31,755 nucleotides of DNA. Source: Candidatus Falkowbacteria bacterium (GTDB taxonomy: Bacteria > Patescibacteriota > Patescibacteriia > UBA2591 > JABMQE01). The notes beneath the pieces were generated by a model that did no database searches, was not told the origin of the DNA, and worked only from the letters and a program-made list of their open reading frames with translations. Below, piece after piece: positions 26,170 through 31,755 of the stretch (position 1 is the stretch's first letter; each line of letters starts with the position of its first letter). The stretch lies in contig JABMQE010000106.1 of assembly GCA_013203415.1 (NCBI GenBank), positions 1 through 31,755 of the forward strand, given 5' to 3'. The position numbers were made by a program, and so were the translations under genes.

Positions 26170-27123
26170 ATGACTAATACAAAAAAAACAATTTTAGTTA
26201 CTGGAGGGGCGGGGTTTGTGGGGTCGCATTTGTGCGAGAGATTGCTTTCTTGTGGAAATGAGGTTATTTGCCTTGATAATTTTTATACTGGTTCAAAAGA
26301 GAATATAAAGCATCTTTTAGAAAACAAGAATTTTGAGTTGATTAGGCATAATATTAATTTTCCGATTTCTTTGGAAGTAGACCAGATTTATAACTTGGCT
26401 TGTCCAGCGGCTCCGCCTCATTATCAAAACGATCCGATAGAGACCACAAAAACGTGCGTGACTGGAGTAATTAATATGTTGGGGCTGGCTAAGAGGACAG
26501 GGGCTAGGATTTTGCAGGCCTCGACTTCGGAAATTTACGGCGATCCAAAAGAGCATCCGCAAAAAGAAAATTATTTTGGGAATGTTAATTCTTTGGGACC
26601 AAGGGCTTGTTACGACGAAGGAAAAAGATGCGCCGAGACATTATTTATGGATTACTCGCGGCAGCATGATTTAGATATAAGGATTGTTAGGATTTTTAAT
26701 ACTTTTGGGCCGAGGATGGCTCTTAATGACGGGAGGGTGGTTTCGAATTTTATTATCGCGGCTTTGAAGGGCGAACCAATAACGATTTACGGCGAGGGGA
26801 ACCAGACAAGGAGTTTTCAGTATGTTGATGATTTAATAGAAGGGATGATAAAGATGATGGAGCAGGATGATTTTATCGGGCCGGTTAATCTTGGCAATCC
26901 GAATGAGAAAAGCATTCGGGAGTTGGCTGGAAAAATTATCGGTTTAACTGATTCCCATTCAAAAGTGGTATTTAAGGAATTGCCAAAAGATGATCCAATA
27001 AGAAGAAAGCCGGATATTAGTTTGGCTTGGGAAAAATTAGCTTGGGAGCCGAAGATAGGACTCGAGCAGGGACTTGGCAGGACTATTGAGTATTTTCGAA
27101 ATAAAATCACTAATTTACACTAA
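26170..27123 (+). CDS. UDP-glucuronate decarboxylase (UDP-xylose synthase)
   Basis: [57 protein letters not shown]. Start likely MTNTK. Confidence 0.93.
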   Translation: MTNTKKTILVTGGAGFVGSHLCERLLSCGNEVICLDNFYTGSKENIKHLLENKNFELIRHNINFPISLEVDQIYNLACPAAPPHYQNDPIETTKTCVTGVINMLGLAKRTGARILQASTSEIYGDPKEHPQKENYFGNVNSLGPRACYDEGKRCAETLFMDYSRQHDLDIRIVRIFNTFGPRMALNDGRVVSNFIIAALKGEPITIYGEGNQTRSFQYVDDLIEGMIKMMEQDDFIGPVNLGNPNEKSIRELAGKIIGLTDSHSKVVFKELPKDDPIRRKPDISLAWEKLAWEPKIGLEQGLGRTIEYFRNKITNLH

Positions 27124-27144
27124 TCTACCACTAATTTCACTAAT
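27108..27144 (+). repeat. CACTAAT array (4 units, 9-11-bp period) overlapping the stop codon
   Basis: CACTAAT at 27108, 27118, 27129 and 27138. Confidence 0.75.
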
Positions 27145-27174
27145 CACGAATAGTTTTGGGGTTTTAATAAAATT

Positions 27175-28398
27175 ATGAATGAAATAAAACGACTAAAAAT
27201 ATTAATATTCTCAATTGCATATTTTCCACATGTGGGCGGAGCAGAAGTGGCGATACGGGAAATAACTGACAGGATTAGAGACATGGAGTTCGACATGGTG
27301 ACTTTAAGGTTGGATAAAAATGACGCCCGCCCAGATTCGCCTGACGGCGAAATTGATGGCGGGCAGGCGAAAAGCGAGAGAATCGGCAATGTTAATGTTT
27401 ATCGGATTGATTGTCCTAAGGTTTTGTTTCCGTTTTATGCGGCTAAAAAAGGCAAGGAATTGCATGGGGCTAGAGAATACGGGGTTGTTTGGAGTATGAT
27501 GGCGAATTTGGCTGGTTTGGCCGGGCTTTTGTTACGTAGCATGCTACGTAACAAGCTACGTAACAAACCCCGCCTACGCCAAGGCTTCGGCGGGCAGGCT
27601 AAGTTTTTGTTAACTTTGCAGACGGGTAATGATGATAAAAAGGTTTGGAAAAGAACTTGGTGGTGGCGGCCTATTTATAAAATGATATATAGGAAAGCGG
27701 ACTATATTCAGGCGATTAGTAATTATTTGGGTGAACGAGCTAGAAAGATGAAGGTGAAGTGCCCGATAGATTTGATTCCTAACGGCGTTGATTTAACTAA
27801 GTTTTATCCTGCAGACAATCGATTACAAATACGGTCAGAGTTGGGGATACCCAATATAACGTCTGACGATAAAATTGTGATTACCACCTCACGATTAGTA
27901 GAGAAGAATGGAGTTGAGTATTTAATACGGGCAATGGTTGATACATACACAAATACGAAACTGTTGATTTTGGGTTCTGGGGAGTTGGAGGGTCAGTTAA
28001 AGAGTTTGACAAAAGAGTTGGGATTAGAGAATAGAGTAATTTTTTTAGGTCAAGTTGATTATGACAATATCCCGAAGTATTTACGAGCTTCGGACGTATT
28101 TTGTCGCCCTTCACTAAGCGAGGGTTTGGGCAGCTCTTTTTTAGAGGCAATGGCTTGCGGTTTGCCAATAATCGGGACTAGGGTCGGTGGTATCCCCGAC
28201 ATCTTAAGCGACGGAATAAATGGTTTGTATTGCGAGGTGAAAAATCCAGAAAGCATTAACGATAAAATAAAAATGTTATTAAATAATAAACAGTTACACG
28301 AGAAATTGAGTTCTGCTGCAGCAAAACATGTTCAGGGAATTTATAACTGGGAATATATTGCTATAGAGATGAGTGAGATATTTAAAAAATTAGTTTAA
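27175..28398 (+). CDS. Glycosyltransferase family 4 with two in-frame palindromic insertions
   Basis: YFPHVGGAE, LIPNGVD, TSRLVEKNGV, RPSLSEGLGSSFLEAMACG. Confidence 0.92.
   Translation: MNEIKRLKILIFSIAYFPHVGGAEVAIREITDRIRDMEFDMVTLRLDKNDARPDSPDGEIDGGQAKSERIGNVNVYRIDCPKVLFPFYAAKKGKELHGAREYGVVWSMMANLAGLAGLLLRSMLRNKLRNKPRLRQGFGGQAKFLLTLQTGNDDKKVWKRTWWWRPIYKMIYRKADYIQAISNYLGERARKMKVKCPIDLIPNGVDLTKFYPADNRLQIRSELGIPNITSDDKIVITTSRLVEKNGVEYLIRAMVDTYTNTKLLILGSGELEGQLKSLTKELGLENRVIFLGQVDYDNIPKYLRASDVFCRPSLSEGLGSSFLEAMACGLPIIGTRVGGIPDILSDGINGLYCEVKNPESINDKIKMLLNNKQLHEKLSSAAAKHVQGIYNWEYIAIEMSEIFKKLV
27326..27367. repeat. 42-bp CCCGCC...GGCGGG-CAGG element, in frame
   Basis: Removal restores GAC GCG AAA AGC (KNDAKSERIG). 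Confidence 0.85.
27531..27564. repeat. 12-bp-period ACGT-centred palindromic array within CDS
   Basis: GTTACGTAGCATGCTACGTAAC (22-bp perfect palindrome) + AAGCTACGTAAC. Confidence 0.75.
27569..27598. repeat. 30-bp CCCGCC...GGCGGG-CAGG element, in frame
   Basis: CCCGCCTACGCCAAGGCTTCGGCGGGCAGG. Removal restores AAC AAA CCT AAG TTT (NKPKF). Confidence 0.85.
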
Positions 28399-28406
28399 GC
28401 GTTAAT

Positions 28407-28503
28407 TTACCCCCTCTTTAATTCTCCCCCTTGGTAAGGGGGAGATAGCGGTCAAATTCGTTATCCTCCCCTTTATAAGGGGAGGAAAGGAAGGAGGGGT
28501 AAA
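28407..28503. repeat. CCCCTT-NNN-AAGGGG palindrome doublet enclosed by an outer stem
   Basis: TCTCCCCCTTGGTAAGGGGGAGA (28423-45) and TCCTCCCCTTTATAAGGGGAGGA (28464-86), with outer TTTACCCC/GGGGTAAA. Confidence 0.8.
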
Positions 28504-28536
28504 AAAGATGATGGCTTAGGAAATGATACAAACATT

Positions 28537-29961
28537 ATGATTAGTTTAGTTAAAATAAATTATACCCAAGACCATTCACAGCATATTTTACCTTTGGGGA
28601 TTTTATCGGTTGGAAGCGCGTTAAAGCGGGCAGGTTTTAAGGTTAAGCTTTCTAATATAAACGAGAAGCAGATAAGCGCTTTGGTCCACGAGCTGGCTTT
28701 GATGAAACCTTTGTATGTTGGCTTGTCGGTGATGACAGGGATTCAGACAAAGCATGCAGTAGAGTTTTCGAAATTTTTGAAGGAAAAGGCGCCGGAGATA
28801 AAAATTGTTTGGGGCGGGATTCACCCTTCTTTACTTAGCGAGCAATGCTTAAGGGAAGATTATGTTGATTATGTGATGATAGGCGAGGGCGAGGTGACTT
28901 CGGTTGAGTTTGCGCAAGCTCTTTCTGGCGGTGATGATTTAAGCAAAGTGAAAGGATTAGGTTTTAAGCTGGATGGTGAATTAGTATTTAACGAAGAAAG
29001 ACCGTTTATTAACGATTTAGATGAGTATCCGATTGATTGGGGTTTGGTTGATTTGGAAAAATATATTTATCCGCTGGCAGGATACAAAAGGGTGATTGCC
29101 TATAAATCGAGCCGGGGCTGTCCGTTTGACTGCGGTTTCTGTTATAACCGGATTTTTAATAAAAATACCTGGCGGACTTGGTCGGTGGAACAGGTGGTGC
29201 GGGACATTAATTTTTTAAAAAAGGAATACAAGGTAGAGGCGATAAAGTTTTATGATGATAATTTTTTTGTAAATAAGGACAGGGCGTTAGAAATTCTTGA
29301 AGGAATAAAAATGCCGGCCCATTTTGAAGTGCGGATTGATGCTGTTACAGAGGAACTGGCCAGAAAGCTAAAAGAGTATCAGGCGTTCGACCTTTTGATT
29401 GGAGTTGAAAGCGGAAGCGATAGGATTCTTAAGATGCTAAACAAAAGAATAACAGTCGATGATATTAAAAAAGCAGCTAAGATTTTAGGTAAGTATGATT
29501 TGCGGGCGACTTATTCGACAATTGTCGGCGTGCCAACAGAAACAAAGGAAGAGTTCGAGAAAACCATTGATTTGATGTATGAGCTTTATAAAATCCATCC
29601 AAAAGCGGTTTTTACTCTTGGAGCATATATGCCGTATCCTGGAAGCAAGCTTTATGATTTTTGCCTAGAACATGGTTTTAGGCCGCCAAAGACAACAGAA
29701 GGATGGGGAAATATAGATAGGTTTCGGCCGGATTTTAAGAACCCATGGGCTGATGGGAAAAGGGTTTGGATTATTCGGGAATATTTTAAGCTTCTAAAGT
29801 TTAGGTTGGGGCCGGTTAACAGATGGTTTGAGTGGCGGATAAAACATAGATTTTTTGCTTTGCCTTTGGATATATATGTAATTGAGTATTTAAGCGGGTT
29901 GGGGATTGAAGGAAAGGGGCCATTAGGGAAATTAATTAGAAAAGTTTATAAAAAAAGTTAA
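28537..29961 (+). CDS. B12-binding domain radical SAM protein
   Basis: PLGILSVGS, VGLSVMTG, VWGGIHPS, GEGE, SRGCPFDCGFC (CX3CX2C), DDNF, GVESGS. Confidence 0.92.
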   Translation: MISLVKINYTQDHSQHILPLGILSVGSALKRAGFKVKLSNINEKQISALVHELALMKPLYVGLSVMTGIQTKHAVEFSKFLKEKAPEIKIVWGGIHPSLLSEQCLREDYVDYVMIGEGEVTSVEFAQALSGGDDLSKVKGLGFKLDGELVFNEERPFINDLDEYPIDWGLVDLEKYIYPLAGYKRVIAYKSSRGCPFDCGFCYNRIFNKNTWRTWSVEQVVRDINFLKKEYKVEAIKFYDDNFFVNKDRALEILEGIKMPAHFEVRIDAVTEELARKLKEYQAFDLLIGVESGSDRILKMLNKRITVDDIKKAAKILGKYDLRATYSTIVGVPTETKEEFEKTIDLMYELYKIHPKAVFTLGAYMPYPGSKLYDFCLEHGFRPPKTTEGWGNIDRFRPDFKNPWADGKRVWIIREYFKLLKFRLGPVNRWFEWRIKHRFFALPLDIYVIEYLSGLGIEGKGPLGKLIRKVYKKS

Positions 29962-30018
29962 TACGAAACTACCCGCCTCGACGAGTCAAGACTCGTCTTG
30001 GCGAGGCGGGCGAAAATT

Positions 30019-30045
<27 letters not shown>
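29961..30045 (+). repeat. CGAAACTA-type dispersed repeat (copy 4) with nested 39-bp hairpin (29972-30010); supplies the ATG of the next gene
   Basis: ATACGAAACTA[CCCGCCTCGACGAGTCAAGACTCGTCTTGGCGAGGCGGG]CGAAAATTATGCGAAACTACAAAAATGCGAAAATT. Confidence 0.85.
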
Positions 30046-31174
<1,129 letters not shown>

Positions 31175-31185
<11 letters not shown>

Positions 31186-31234
31186 TTACGTATTTAAATA
31201 CGTATTTAAATACGTATTAAAATAAGTATTTATG
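31175..31234. repeat. 12-bp-period ACGT-centred array x5 spanning the stop and next start codon
   Basis: TACGTAATTAAT TACGTATTTAAA TACGTATTTAAA TACGTATTAAAA TAAGTATTTATG. Confidence 0.85.
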
Positions 31235-31755
31235 AAAATAATGATGCTAAGCGGAGATAGGAGTTTGGTCGCTGGAAAACGCGGAGCGTTTTATTATACT
31301 TTGGAGGAGTTGAGTAAGTATTGCGAGCGGATTGATGTGCTATGTCCATTGGAACAAGAAAACAAGAAAACAAGAAAACAAGAAAACAAGTTTTTTGATA
31401 ATGTTTATTTACATCCTGGTGAAGAGAGTAAGATTAGACAGATATTTTATTTAGCGAAAAAGGGAATAGAGCTTTGGGACAAGGAAAAGCATGATATTGT
31501 TTTGATTCATGAGTATCCGCCTTTTTATAATTCTTTAGGAGCAAGATTATTGTCTAAAAAGATTAATGCGAAATTTGTAGTGGAAATTCATCATATAATT
31601 GGTTATCCAAAGCAAGCGGACTTAAAAGAGAAGTTTCATTTTTTGTTGTCTAAGATTTTTATTCCAAGAGATTGCAGAAGATTTGAGGCAGTTCGGATTG
31701 TTAATAAAAAACAAGTGCCAGAGTTTTTAAGAGGTTTGGGAGTAAGCGAGGCAAA
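31232..31755 (+). CDS. Glycosyltransferase family 4, N-terminal part (runs off the window)
   Basis: Open frame MKIMMLSGDRSLVAGKRGAFYYTLEELSKY...HEYPPFYN...VEIHHIIGYP to the window end; GT-B N-terminal character. Confidence 0.8.
   Translation, partial: MKIMMLSGDRSLVAGKRGAFYYTLEELSKYCERIDVLCPLEQENKKTRKQENKFFDNVYLHPGEESKIRQIFYLAKKGIELWDKEKHDIVLIHEYPPFYNSLGARLLSKKINAKFVVEIHHIIGYPKQADLKEKFHFLLSKIFIPRDCRRFEAVRIVNKKQVPEFLRGLGVSEA
31353..31390 (+). repeat. Perfect octamer array (AACAAGAA)4.75 within CDS
   Basis: Encodes EQENKKTRKQENK. Confidence 0.95.

Overview
AT-rich bacterial DNA in the standard genetic code (TGA is used as stop). It is most consistent with a Patescibacteria/CPR (Parcubacteria-like) chromosome. 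This is inferred from the DUF4012 protein, the ECF sigma/DUF5667 pair, a large S-layer-like protein and mostly SD-less genes. The window starts in the 3' half of a reduced RNase P RNA. It holds two surface-glycan blocks: a sugar transferase, seven GT4-type glycosyltransferases, UDP-sugar epimerase, dehydrogenase and decarboxylase genes, and a B12 radical SAM enzyme. Between the blocks lie a hicBA toxin-antitoxin pair, a higher-GC pyrD-pyrC cassette, an HTH gene, a sigma/anti-sigma-like pair and surface proteins. The unusual layer is non-coding. (1) A four-helix-bundle gene is flanked by inverted 7-bp-period arrays, and about ten orphan 7-8-bp arrays sit at gene junctions or in frame inside glycosyltransferases. 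(2) A family of 30-42-bp CCCGC...GCGGG hairpin elements is present, three of them inserted in frame in proteins and two nested at the same target motif in a second 47-bp dispersed repeat. (3) A candidate four-way-junction small RNA with its own promoter and terminator lies beside hicA. (4) A second multibranch fold lies between the sigma and anti-sigma-like genes. All domain names come from motif recognition by eye; no searches were run.
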